Origin: Paramoeba atlantica
Lineage: Eukaryota; Protista; Discosea
Direction: 5' to 3'
Length of the DNA: 64,000 bases
Assembly: GCA_977017575.1 (NCBI GenBank)
Contig: CDRNVI010000032.1
Span: forward strand, 248,001 to 312,000
The notes below the pieces were generated by a model. The model made no database searches. It had not been told where the DNA came from and saw only the letters and a list, made by a program, of their open reading frames with translations. Below are positions 21,353 to 32,193 of the stretch, one piece after another (position 1 is the stretch's first letter; the number at the start of each line of letters is the position of its first letter). A program made the translations under genes and the position numbers.

Positions 21353-21565
21353 ATGTATTTTAAGATATTTTCATAACAGATAGATAAAATATTACCAGTG
21401 TTAGATTTTTGTGGCTAAACAAAGAAGGAAAAGCAATTACAAACAAAAAAGGTACAGTGCGCCATACAACAAGATACACCATCAATAATTTCGTGCGACA
21501 GAATGTGGATACATGCACGGCATGTGTAGTGACATTTCCAAAGACAAGACTCGGCTTTCAAGCAG

Positions 21566-22024
21566 CTAAGCAGTGTGCCTGATTGTTGGTTCAGTTAAAG
21601 AAGCGCCCAATTCTAAAATAGGCTGTAAAATATTTTCCCGGTTAGTTTCCACAATCTTTCCGTCCACAACCATTTCATTAAGAATAAGATACGCCTTCTC
21701 TAGGTGAAGCATCAGATCAAGCTCACAAACATTATCAAAATACTGATCAAACGTCTCCACCATGCAGTGAATAAATTCTAGAACAGCAAGTTCGTTTTCT
21801 TCTTCGTCAACACCAACGATAAAAAACAATGAAGCATACCTCCGGTATATGAGCTTGTGACCCAAGTGCTCTAAAAAGTTACAGTGTGATTCTTTTCGCT
21901 GTAGGCATTTACGTACTACTTCGCCCTCTAGTGCTGAACGCTCTGAAATAGGAACCCATTTCGTGTAATGTGCCAGGCGAGTTTGTCCGTGCTTGTTGAC
22001 CAACAGAACGAAAAGAATAGTCAT
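21566..22024 (-). CDS. AP4S1: AP-4 complex sigma subunit
   Basis: LLVNKHGQTRLAHY, LEGEVVRKCL.R, IYRRYASLFFIVGVD.EENELA.LEFIH..VET.D.YF.NVCELD. Confidence 0.9.
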   Translation of the reverse strand: MTILFVLLVNKHGQTRLAHYTKWVPISERSALEGEVVRKCLQRKESHCNFLEHLGHKLIYRRYASLFFIVGVDEEENELAVLEFIHCMVETFDQYFDNVCELDLMLHLEKAYLILNEMVVDGKIVETNRENILQPILELGASLTEPTIRHTA

Positions 22025-22552
22025 GTAAAGTTATGTGAGGACTATACAAATACGGCATAGATGATAAACTTTTCGGACAATCAACGGCATAGACGTTTCA
22101 ACTTAGATGAAGTACATGTATATCTCTCAACAACTAAGAGGGCGCACTGCATATTTAATACAGGGGATACAGTATGTTCTTGTGAGAACCTTTCCTACTT
22201 GGTCAAAAGGATATTCGTCCGAAAACTGGCACTTACCTAAAAGTAAAAGTTCGAGCTATTCAATAATGCTTATTCCGACCTCAAATCCAGAAAAAATCCC
22301 ATGACTGGAGCCTATGTGTTACTGTAGCACATAGACAGCGTTTGTGGAAATATACGTGTACATGGCTGACAACTCGATGCTCTGTCCAAGAATTTGCTAA
22401 GAAAGTCTGGTTGTCATGGAGAGATACTGTATTCCATATATGCCGGATATGGAATCCAGAATGTATCACACATGTAATGTAAGTCCAGAGGAGAGTGTTG
22501 CCTTCTGAACCCATTGCGAGGAGTTGGGTCGCACTGTTCATGGTGTCTGTAC

Positions 22553-24865
22553 TTAGAGGATATTCAAAAGCGCGTGATCCTCATTAATTGCATAGGTTTC
22601 GGACAGCAACGAATCATGTGGTGAATCAGATTCGTTAATGCGAAAGGGATATGCTCCCGGATATTTTTCAAAATGTTTCCGAATGTCTTCATACGAATTT
22701 GATTCCACAATGCAAATGCCTTGTGCTCCAGAAGTTTTCGGCAAAGAAGATAATATGTCTCTACAGTGTTGCGCTATATGACCTTTTCGAGAAAGTATAT
22801 AAACCTCGCATTCGGGATTTAAGTCGTGAATCATATTAGCAATAGCAAGAAGCCTCATTGCAGTCCCGTGTCCACGAGATTTGGTAAAACCAGGCTCCTT
22901 CATACTCAAAGCTTGCTCCACCGGTTTCGTATTCTCTTTTTCGTATTTGCCTTTGTGACTTTGACACAATGTCCTTGTGTCACTGAGTGACGCACTAGAG
23001 GTAGAAAAACTTGAAGGCCGAATTCCAAAATCACTTTTTGAAGCAGTGTCCCTTAATCCAAGCAGAACACGTTCATTTTTTTCTTTCGGTGCACAGACGC
23101 GCTGTGACGATCGAAATCCTTCGAAAAGATTCTCAGTAAACGATGATAATTTCTGGGAATGTCCGTAAAAATGCCTATGAGCACGAAGCTGATCAATGAA
23201 CGACATTATATAAAGCTTTTTGTTTAGTTTACCGTGATTTTTTTGAGATAGAACTTTCATCTGACGAGAGTACGTCTCGCTCTCTTTATTCAAATGCAGT
23301 TTTTTTGCCTTTTCATGCAAGCAGAAAAGATTTCGCACGTGTGTATACGGTACGAGCAAAGTATCAAAAATGGAGCCCAGTTCTCTTGCATTTAACTCAG
23401 GACTTACATAGAGGTGTGAGTCGAGAACAGCGACTCGTCCTTCGACTATAATACGCTTGTGTTCAGAACCAAAAACACAGATGCCAGATGTAATCATTGG
23501 AATTGCTGGGGCGAGATACTCCTGCAATTGTATAGCGACGTACAGTGCCGCGTCCGCATCTTTCATCTTAAGAAGAACATCAAGAATTGCTTCATAAAGA
23601 GTACTAAGTGAAAGTTCATTGCTCTGCACGCATTCTAAAAGACTACGTTGTCGTATTCGCATGAAAAATTCCATTGCCTCATTAATTCTTGGAGGGATGA
23701 TCTCATTCTTCGTAACCAAGTTAGTATCTGCAGAAGAACGACAGAGCATTGCATAGAGCATAGCGTAAAGCAATGATCGCGGGGCTGTAATTTTATGATC
23801 ACATGCCAGGCGAAGAATACTCGACAGTTTAGATATGTCTGTACGACAACAAGAAACAAGAATGTCAAGCGTCTCTGGTGTAAGCACGCGGTGCTTCAAT
23901 GATTGTTCTACTCCATGAGATACCAGAGAAAACGCCTTTCGCCAGTGACCCCCCGATGCTACAATCTCTAGACATGCATTACGCATCGATGTTGAACGAT
24001 CCACTGATGGAACGGCATTGTAGAGCTTGAGGGCTCTGATCAAGAGTTCATGCCTTATCCAATTTTGGTCAGCTGTACTAGAAGGAGTGCAAAATTCTTG
24101 ACGTCGGTCTTGCTGAGATACTCGCAAACCGATTTCATGAAGGCTACGATTGATTACATGAAAAATTTCAGCTACTAGATGGGCGTCACCACTTTTGGCA
24201 TCCTGAAGTTCTGTGCCTTCCTCTTCGTATGAGTAAGTTGGGTTTGATGTAGTCAACGATCTGCACTTTGAATGCTCCTGATAGGCAAGCACCTGTAAAC
24301 TTAAATTCAGAGCATACGATAACGCAGTTTTCCATGGTGCGTGATTTCGAAGCGCTACTAGGGAAGAGTGCTGCGCTTGCACATTGGCTCTGCCGAGCTC
24401 GGATTCCATTTCCGAGAGAACACTGAGCACTTCTTGCCAAAGTCCAGCGCAGCGATACGCACCAATGAGTGCAGTATAATGATGTGAGCTAATCACGTTT
24501 TTCGGATTATTCGTTAAAATATTCCAATATTCAAGTGCCCATTTCCATTCGCCTCTCGAAACAACTGAGGTCATGAGTGTTCCTAAGTGCAGACTGTTTA
24601 GCACTCTCCCGTATTCATCTGACCACAGGTCAGCAATTTGTTTGCATTTGCTAATTTGATTTTTTTTTCGAAGGTAAATAAAAATGCCATGAAGGACTTT
24701 CTGAGTAAGCTCACCACTTGAAACAGCGCGCTGCATAATAGAGCTCACATCGGAAACGGAGCAAGCACTAAGTGCGTGGGAAAGAGGCAGTCTACGAACA
24801 CCTAACTTATGGTGCGCGAATATTTTGGTAGGTACCGCTCCTTTAAGAATTCCTTGGCGAACCAT
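22553..24865 (-). CDS. Pentatricopeptide-repeat protein with degenerate PIN-like C-terminal domain, probably mitochondrial
   Basis: PPR motifs (HYTALIGAYRCAGLWQEVLSVLSEM; NACLEIVASGGHWRKAFSLV); AVLDSH...LLVPYTHVRNL...RLLAIANM...EVYILSR resembles a PIN fold. Confidence 0.7.
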   Translation of the reverse strand: MVRQGILKGAVPTKIFAHHKLGVRRLPLSHALSACSVSDVSSIMQRAVSSGELTQKVLHGIFIYLRKKNQISKCKQIADLWSDEYGRVLNSLHLGTLMTSVVSRGEWKWALEYWNILTNNPKNVISSHHYTALIGAYRCAGLWQEVLSVLSEMESELGRANVQAQHSSLVALRNHAPWKTALSYALNLSLQVLAYQEHSKCRSLTTSNPTYSYEEEGTELQDAKSGDAHLVAEIFHVINRSLHEIGLRVSQQDRRQEFCTPSSTADQNWIRHELLIRALKLYNAVPSVDRSTSMRNACLEIVASGGHWRKAFSLVSHGVEQSLKHRVLTPETLDILVSCCRTDISKLSSILRLACDHKITAPRSLLYAMLYAMLCRSSADTNLVTKNEIIPPRINEAMEFFMRIRQRSLLECVQSNELSLSTLYEAILDVLLKMKDADAALYVAIQLQEYLAPAIPMITSGICVFGSEHKRIIVEGRVAVLDSHLYVSPELNARELGSIFDTLLVPYTHVRNLFCLHEKAKKLHLNKESETYSRQMKVLSQKNHGKLNKKLYIMSFIDQLRAHRHFYGHSQKLSSFTENLFEGFRSSQRVCAPKEKNERVLLGLRDTASKSDFGIRPSSFSTSSASLSDTRTLCQSHKGKYEKENTKPVEQALSMKEPGFTKSRGHGTAMRLLAIANMIHDLNPECEVYILSRKGHIAQHCRDILSSLPKTSGAQGICIVESNSYEDIRKHFEKYPGAYPFRINESDSPHDSLLSETYAINEDHALLNIL

Positions 24866-25434
24866 TTTTGCGTTCTATTACATGTACATTTGCATATGGT
24901 ATAGCACTGGTAAAATGTTTCATAGTTGTCGTTCAAATTGCCAGATTGTTACGCTCAAAAGATCTTATAAAAGTAGTTTGGTATAAAAATTGCAAAATTG
25001 TAAAAGATCAAAACAGAAAATCAGGTGTTCGCCTTTGTGCAGTGCTCCAAAATACAGTTGTGTTACCTGGTGAGAAGTATGATCGGATGAAGTTTTGAGG
25101 AGCAAATACATTTAACATTTCACTTGGTTCGTTACCAATTCGCAATCCGATTGACTCTTTCTAATTTTTAGGGACACACCATTGAATCTAATATAATTTG
25201 TACAAATCTAACTCTAGGGGACGAGGAGTAAAAAGTAGAGCACAACAAACAAAATACATTAACTCTTGCAAAAATCAATAGACGCTATACGCACGTACAA
25301 ACTGGATGGCATTAATATAAATGTGTGTGTGATTAAGTTCAACAAGTTTATTGATGTTAAAAGACCTGAAATAACTTTTATTAAGATATGCAAAACGTAA
25401 AACCGAAATCAGCGCTTTGAGTCCAAGAAGCCAT

Positions 25435-26700
25435 TCAAATTCGTCTTTTCTCTTCGAAATACACGTCTGAAGGTCCAGAAAGAAACATTGATAAACCATG
25501 AGTTCTAAGTGTGTGTCCTCTGGATTTACCGTAATAAAGTATAAGTCGATTTAGTATCTCACGTTCCAAAGAGCTGCTTCGCACTGCTTTAGAAGGAAAC
25601 AACTCCCTTTGCCGTCGTAGCGCAGTAATGATGTCGTACATCCTTTCCCTGGCCTCTTCATGATGAGGGTATTCCGGATATGCAAGAGGCTCATTAAACA
25701 AACACAATTCCTTTTGCATGTCTTTGACTTCATGATAAATTTCTTCAACACCTATCGTAGAAAGCACAGATATATCAGAAGGACATTCGTCGGAGTGTTG
25801 CGCTCGACTGTCATACCTTTCCAGATGATTTCTGGCAATATCCAACGGACATGGATTGATCATTGAGGAAGATGAAATCAATCCCTCCCAAGGACAGTAG
25901 GTTTGAAACGCCACAACATTACGGGTGACGTTACGCACCGCATACAGAACATCAATGTTAGCACAACAACACGCATCGAAGTAGAGGCAATCAAGGTGAA
26001 CGCCGAGCTCTTCAAGGGTTCGACCAATTTCACGAATCCCCAAAGAATGATCCCCATCGGAGAGGTCATCACAGTGTAAATGGTATCCTGTGCTGTGACT
26101 ACAAAAGAAAAGATGACGCAGACGGGAGAGATCCCCGAGGTGGGTGGAGAGAAACCAACGTAGTGTCGCGGCGGAGCTCATCACGGAGGGAAGCTTGACG
26201 CTCTCGTGAAGCACACGATCGTTGCGGGCCTTGTACAGCGTCGATTGACCCAGTCGAGAGAGAAGCACGACATATCGACCATTGGAGGGTAAGAGTTGAG
26301 AGCACAGTTTGTGTCGAATGTCGTGATGGACGTGCTGCTCTGGCCAATTGTCTGCGCCATAGTAAAATGCGGTTGTGGAGAGTGTCTCGGAGGGGGAAGA
26401 ATTTGTGGAAAGTTGAGGGAAACGCTCGCAACATTTCAAATGAGAAGAGGGCCCCGCCTTAGTGAGATTAAGGGGTCGTAGACTATCTTCTACGAATGAC
26501 GCGCAGGGAAGACTTAGCGGCGAGGAAAATCGCGAAGAAAACGTGCACAACGAACGCGACTCTGCTTCTTTGTGTATAGCGACTTGCGAAATTGGCGGGT
26601 CGCAGTATCCGCGGACCCCAAACGACATAAGGCGTTTTCTGGATACTATATTCGAAGGATGGCACCTTTCGCGTATCCCAAAATTAGGTATAAACTTCAT
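25435..26700 (-). CDS. Clostripain-family (C11) cysteine peptidase, PNT1-like
   Basis: FFCSHSTGY (His) and LDCLYFDACCCANIDVLY (Cys) dyad, LGIREIGRTLE; first ATG at 26700. Confidence 0.75.
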   Translation of the reverse strand: MKFIPNFGIRERCHPSNIVSRKRLMSFGVRGYCDPPISQVAIHKEAESRSLCTFSSRFSSPLSLPCASFVEDSLRPLNLTKAGPSSHLKCCERFPQLSTNSSPSETLSTTAFYYGADNWPEQHVHHDIRHKLCSQLLPSNGRYVVLLSRLGQSTLYKARNDRVLHESVKLPSVMSSAATLRWFLSTHLGDLSRLRHLFFCSHSTGYHLHCDDLSDGDHSLGIREIGRTLEELGVHLDCLYFDACCCANIDVLYAVRNVTRNVVAFQTYCPWEGLISSSSMINPCPLDIARNHLERYDSRAQHSDECPSDISVLSTIGVEEIYHEVKDMQKELCLFNEPLAYPEYPHHEEARERMYDIITALRRQRELFPSKAVRSSSLEREILNRLILYYGKSRGHTLRTHGLSMFLSGPSDVYFEEKRRI

Positions 26701-26884
26701 GGAGAAAATGCTGTATGTAAACAAAAATGGTAGGTTTGTGTAAATATTATATTTATTGCAGAAATAGTATTAAACTACACCAATGTAATAAAAAAAGGAA
26801 GCGCTCACTATCATACTAACACTCTCAGAAATGGTTCAGTAATTTTTTTTAATGATTTGAATAATGTTTTTACAACCATTTCAT

Positions 26885-27498
26885 TCAACCTTGATTAATC
26901 CTATTTAAATTTCCCGAGGCAACAGATTTTGCATAGCCCCTCATTTCATCGTTTTCAGAAGACTCAAGTTCTTTCAGTTCATCGTCGTCGAGGAACTCCT
27001 TCCACGTATTTTTCAAATCCTGAGGTGCAATCTTCGAGACGGGATTACCATATTCCCCAAATTTGCGTAACTCGCTAATCATGGTATCAACGTATGAGGT
27101 AGATGTATCTTGTACTTGATATGGATCAGCTTGGTGAGGCGGAGGTGAGATCCCACTGCTCACCAATTCTAGCAGAGACCGAAATGCCATGGGCTCATAT
27201 CGGGCCAAAGTTATCAAGGATATGGGAAGAAAACCTATTTTCTGCCTAGCGATGTCGTTTATGGCTCTAACGTAGTCGGTTCCATGCTCATAAAAAGCGC
27301 CCTGAAGCAAGGACCGTCGCAGCCCCCTCTCATAACGGCTTTTTAAATATAGCGATAGTTAGTGGTGATGCGGAGATGAGCACGTACGTAGGTGATTCCT
27401 ATTCTCGATTCATGCTTGCCTCGACCAGTTAGAAGACGAGACATTTCGAAAAGCTCCCTTTTTCCATAGTACAATGCGGTACGCGTAAGGGAGAACAT
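26885..27498 (-). CDS. Mitochondrial ribosomal protein bL20m with a one-base frameshift near 27345
   Basis: ATG 27498: MFSLTRTALYYGKRELFEMSRLLTGRGKHESRIGITYVRAHLRITTNYRYI then TAA; the -1 frame continues LKSRYERGLRRSLLQGAFYEHG.DY...IN.IARQKI.....L..LA.YEP.AFRSL, the bL20 C-terminal motif. Confidence 0.7.
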
Positions 27499-27883
27499 TG
27501 GAAGGATGCTTTCAAATTATTTATTATTAAAGCCAAGACTCGAATATAGCCTTTAGAAATTAACAATATAAGATTAAAACAACAGTTGCAATGAATTGAT
27601 TTACTCTGAAACATGCAGCACTTATCAAATTAATACACCTTATATCAAATTAATATAAGGCATATCAAGTTTCGGACGCTTTACGTAGCACTGACCCGAA
27701 AAACCTATTAGAGCTACATCCACACTGTACATCCACACTGTAAGTGTGTGATTCAACTCATTTTTTCAACTAACACACAAGCCCATTTAGTAAGTACACC
27801 CCATGATTTCCCGAGAACATGAGCACGCGTTGACTAGATTCTTATACCAATTTTGGACAAAGTTTATGTTTCAGTTTTACTTA

Positions 27884-29959
27884 TTAGAATAGCCACCAAG
27901 GATTAGTCTCTCCCAGCGTATCAGTCGAAGCCGTATCATGTAGTTGACTATCTACGGAGGGTTCGTGTAATTGACTCTCCGCTCTAGGTACGTGAGTATT
28001 CGCCAAAGAGACATTTGCCTCCTCTGCACGTTCACTGAGAATTGACGCTGCTTGGCCCGGTAATTCGTGTTCGGTCGAGAGCTTATCTTCATCCGTGCGA
28101 TTAGAGGCCACTAAATCAAATTTCAATTCGCTTTCGGATTTATCTTCCACAATACATGGAGGAGAAACATCGCGCGACGGCTCCGCGCTTCCCATAAGTT
28201 GTACGTGAGCCGCAGTGCCAAATCTAGTTCTAGATTCTGTGTATTTCTGAGTCACGACATCATTTTGGTTTTGTGGAGGCGTATAATTTGAGTCGACTTG
28301 AGTGCGTGATTCGACTTCGTTCTCATTAGATGTCAAAAAAATGTTAGAAGAGAGCGTCCGTAGAATGTTTGTAGAAATAGACTTTTGTTCTTCGATAGTT
28401 TCGTATAGTTCCTTTGCTTGTGATGAGTGAGTCGTGCCTATCGAGCCGAACGCGTCAGAAAGAGTCTCAATATTTGATGCCAACAATTCCAAAGCAAAGC
28501 ACGCTTGATCCAATTTTCGTTTTATATTTTCAGTAAAAGAAGAGAGAGCTTCTTCTTGCTGAAAGTTTTGGCGATGCACTTCCAAGTTTGATTTCAGCGT
28601 GTCATAAAATTTCTGATTAGAAGTGTTGTATTGTAGTGCCCGATTTAAGTTAGAGATTTCACCTTGTAGTGCGTAACGCTCCGCGTTCCATGCTTCTTTT
28701 GCGACGTTCAGCATCGTTTCTGTTACTTTAGTGTTAACTGTTTCATTTGAGCTACGATTACCACCTCCCAAAGAACTCGAGTCAGTAGGGCAATGTTCAT
28801 ATCGGTTTGTCACAAGCACCGTTCTTTCCCTTCTTTCTGGGACAATATTATTGGCTTGATACTCTTCAGTATCCGAGATTAAGCTACTTGCACTTTCGTT
28901 CGCCAAATTAGAATCGTTCAATGAATTCTCATTTACCGCAATTGTATCCCGGGATGAATACAGAAACGCATCAGCCGCGCTTGAAATATCTTTGCCTTCT
29001 TCTGTATCACTGGGTTCTTCTGATCTGTGTTGCACCAGATTAGACGAACCAGTTCCCTCACAATTTTGAACAGTATTTCTGCTCGCGCGTAGTATACGAA
29101 CTTCGGACTCCAAATCCAAAATATTGCGACTTAATCCTGCCACTCGAGCAGGGTCGCAAGTTTTTAGTATAGCTGCCCGAGTTTCGGTATACTCACTGCA
29201 CTTCTTCTTTTCTACCGCAAGCTGCGACTCAAGCATCGTGCAAGATTCCCGGAATTGATCACGTTCCTTGGTCAGGTTCGAAATTTCGTCGTGCCCATTG
29301 AACCAGAATCTGAGCAATTCGGTTGGATTTAAGCCGCGACGTGTGAAAAATTCTATAGGATGGGCTGAAAGTTTTTGACGAGTTCTTTTTCTTGAAGAAT
29401 GCGACGCTTCAGCAGCTGCAACATCGGTCTCGGCGAAATTTAATTCATCTATTTCTTGTAGTTCTTTGCACGCTATTTTGACAGCGGCAAGTTCCTCTTT
29501 CAGAGAAGTTATTTCGGCCTGTTTGGAAGAAAGTACCCGCTCCACATCCGTGTAGCGCATACGCAATTCTTCTAGTTCATTTTTGAGAGTCTCTCGGTCC
29601 ATAAGAATACCTCGAATGTTCTGGGTTGCAAGAAGAATCTCTTCGTTCGCGCATGACTCAGAATGCCGGAGTTTATTAAATATTTCCCTAATACGAATGC
29701 AATTTTCTTCGAAGAAAGAACATTGCGACGAATCATTTGTGCTACCGTCAGATAAGTTGCTTTTGGAATTCTCTACAATTTCATTCGAATCTCTCTGAAG
29801 CAATCTTTGAGTGTGCGTTGCAATTGCACCAATGTTATGGGCTTCCTCTAGACCGGCAGTGGGTAGAATTTTCTCTGGAAAGTGGTGCTCTGATATACTT
29901 GACCCTGTGACTACTTCCACTTCTCTCGATTCTATATTTTCTTGACTTTCGTAATTCAT
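27884..29959 (-). CDS. Hypothetical coiled-coil protein
   Basis: 691-aa ORF with E/K/L heptad-rich segments; no recognised domain. Confidence 0.7.
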   Translation of the reverse strand: MNYESQENIESREVEVVTGSSISEHHFPEKILPTAGLEEAHNIGAIATHTQRLLQRDSNEIVENSKSNLSDGSTNDSSQCSFFEENCIRIREIFNKLRHSESCANEEILLATQNIRGILMDRETLKNELEELRMRYTDVERVLSSKQAEITSLKEELAAVKIACKELQEIDELNFAETDVAAAEASHSSRKRTRQKLSAHPIEFFTRRGLNPTELLRFWFNGHDEISNLTKERDQFRESCTMLESQLAVEKKKCSEYTETRAAILKTCDPARVAGLSRNILDLESEVRILRASRNTVQNCEGTGSSNLVQHRSEEPSDTEEGKDISSAADAFLYSSRDTIAVNENSLNDSNLANESASSLISDTEEYQANNIVPERRERTVLVTNRYEHCPTDSSSLGGGNRSSNETVNTKVTETMLNVAKEAWNAERYALQGEISNLNRALQYNTSNQKFYDTLKSNLEVHRQNFQQEEALSSFTENIKRKLDQACFALELLASNIETLSDAFGSIGTTHSSQAKELYETIEEQKSISTNILRTLSSNIFLTSNENEVESRTQVDSNYTPPQNQNDVVTQKYTESRTRFGTAAHVQLMGSAEPSRDVSPPCIVEDKSESELKFDLVASNRTDEDKLSTEHELPGQAASILSERAEEANVSLANTHVPRAESQLHEPSVDSQLHDTASTDTLGETNPWWLF

Positions 29960-30515
29960 GGAATAATGCTCAAGGTAGATTTATTATAGACCGAAAAAGG
30001 AAGGCTACAATCATTAGAAAAAAGAAATGCCATCAGAGAGCATCTGTACAGTAGGATAAAAGAACGAAATCGTGATATATTAGAGGGTCGAAACCTATGA
30101 CAGGCAATGTTCTTTGAGACGTTTAGTATATAATAAAGTTTGTAAATAATAAAAACCGTATTAGGACCATTTTTGAAAAATCATTTTTTCGTCAAATATT
30201 TGTACCTACCGCCCGAGAGCGAGTAAGAGGAAAAGAGTAAGAGAAAGGTAGACTAACCTTTCCTTTGCGTACTGTTTTCTTTATGATATTTCCTCTATGA
30301 TATTTTTAATATTTAGAGCAAGTTGATAAATGCTATCCAGTAAATTACGCACATTTGCAAAGTACAACGAATTCAAACAAAAAGATACGGGAAGCAATGG
30401 TGCAACTCAGAAAAATATAATGTTTGGAATTTCAAAATTTGAAAGGCAAGATACTAACAAAAAATAGAATGCAAGATGGTAAAAAATTAAAAGACAAGAT
30501 TCTAAAAATCATCTT

Positions 30516-31844
30516 TTATAAAAATTCCTTAAAGGATACTGAAACCCTAAGAGGAAGAACGCCACGTACATCCGGGATCAACACCAACTCTTCGAGCATA
30601 TCACACACCAGGGGCAATGCATTATCACGCATCTCATAAAAAAGTTCTTTCGACGTGAAGTTTCCTTTATCCATCACACCCACTGATCTTTCTACTGCAT
30701 CCGGGCTCTCCACCTCCTCTTCTCCAGACTCCACCCTCTCACTCCTGTCTGGCAAGCCTGGAAATCGAAATTGGGGAACAATCAACGAATTCCCACCACT
30801 TTCTTCGGCACTGCAATCCAGCTGATCCACCAACACCGTACGTTGTGGGACAACCCTCACCCCCTCCCCCCTCCTCCTCCGTACCCATGGAATTCCCAAA
30901 GGACGAAACCCCTCGCCTCCCGGTGTGGAATCCCACAACACAGAGAGCCGCTTTCCCCCAGAAGGGTGAGCCGCATCCAACCTCTCCGAGACCTTTTCGA
31001 GGTTTCTCCCATCTTCCCCTGTTGGTTCTTCTACAAGACCCGAACACCTTTCTCCCTGGGCCAAACTATACCGCGTGGGATCCTGGAGTCTTTCCACCCA
31101 TTGTGCACTATTCGGACTACTTACCTCTTCCATGGATTCCCACAAAGCACCAGGAGACGAGTTTGCCGTGTTTACAAAACACTCCTTACCGATAATGATG
31201 TCGAAATAGGGTCGCAAGTCAATGAACAGAGATTTGAGAATCTGTATGAGTTCATCGGTACAGTAGGAAAGGCTACAGAGTCCAATTTGATAGGTTCGGC
31301 TTATTGTTCCTTCGGTTCTGTTCATTTCTTCGTCTTTGTTTAATCCTTTATTTTTGCTCCTTCCTTTGTTTTTTCTTATTTCTTCCTTCTTGCTCATGCC
31401 CTCGTTTTCGCTCCTTCTTATGAATTTATTTCTATATGTACGTGCGTTGTGTAGTCTACGTAGACAGGAAATAGTATGGGGACGTAACCAGAGGTAATGA
31501 GTTTCTCGTATCAAAGGGGTGGGGTGGATGCCATGGGAGGTGAGGTGGTAGGCCCCATGGGGTTGGGTCCAGGAGAGGAAAGGTTTTAAAATATCACTGG
31601 GACGTACGGATTGGCGAAAAGTAGTACAGGGTGTAATTTTGTAGAGGGGCGTACGGCGGGTGTGAGGACAGATCTTGGGAGACGTATGAGCTTGTGGCAG
31701 GTGTTGAGAAAAGGAGCCGGAGCTCAAAGTTTCGATTAAAGTCCCTCGGAGGCCAAAAAGAACAAGGAGGGGCGTGCTGTGTGGGGTAAAGGGGAGAGTT
31801 CTAGAGCCGGGGGTAGAGGTGGGTGAAGAGGAGGGGTTCGGCAT
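30516..31844 (-). CDS. NIF/FCP1-family HAD phosphatase-like protein, catalytic motif degenerate
   Basis: LLVLFGLRGTLIE (DLDxT replaced), LWLRPH, FDIII..EC, RTVLVDQ...NSLIVPQF, DNAL...LEEL...PDVR; first ATG 31844. Confidence 0.65.
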   Translation of the reverse strand: MPNPSSSPTSTPGSRTLPFTPHSTPLLVLFGLRGTLIETLSSGSFSQHLPQAHTSPKICPHTRRTPLYKITPCTTFRQSVRPSDILKPFLSWTQPHGAYHLTSHGIHPTPLIRETHYLWLRPHTISCLRRLHNARTYRNKFIRRSENEGMSKKEEIRKNKGRSKNKGLNKDEEMNRTEGTISRTYQIGLCSLSYCTDELIQILKSLFIDLRPYFDIIIGKECFVNTANSSPGALWESMEEVSSPNSAQWVERLQDPTRYSLAQGERCSGLVEEPTGEDGRNLEKVSERLDAAHPSGGKRLSVLWDSTPGGEGFRPLGIPWVRRRRGEGVRVVPQRTVLVDQLDCSAEESGGNSLIVPQFRFPGLPDRSERVESGEEEVESPDAVERSVGVMDKGNFTSKELFYEMRDNALPLVCDMLEELVLIPDVRGVLPLRVSVSFKEFL

Positions 31845-32193
31845 CAAAATTTCAGGTGTAGGGAATGCGTTTGATCTGGTCAATGGCTCAAGGTGATGTT
31901 CCTATCACTCTATTGTTCTTGGCTATAGTCATACCGTAAAATTCCATACTATTCGCTGTACATGTGCTCTATTTTTTCTCTCTCAAGATAAAGAACAAGA
32001 TTTAAAACTACATTGAATATGTGGAATAATTCATGCTGTGCAAAGCACATCTGGACATCAAAATAAATTCACATCATCACTATGTTGTCAGTTGATGGCC
32101 AGTGGCGCATAAGTTCTCAACACGCATAAGAATGTTCAGACTTGAAACAAAAGTAGTATAAAATAACCAAAGGTTTGTCAAGCTGTGGCTGTA

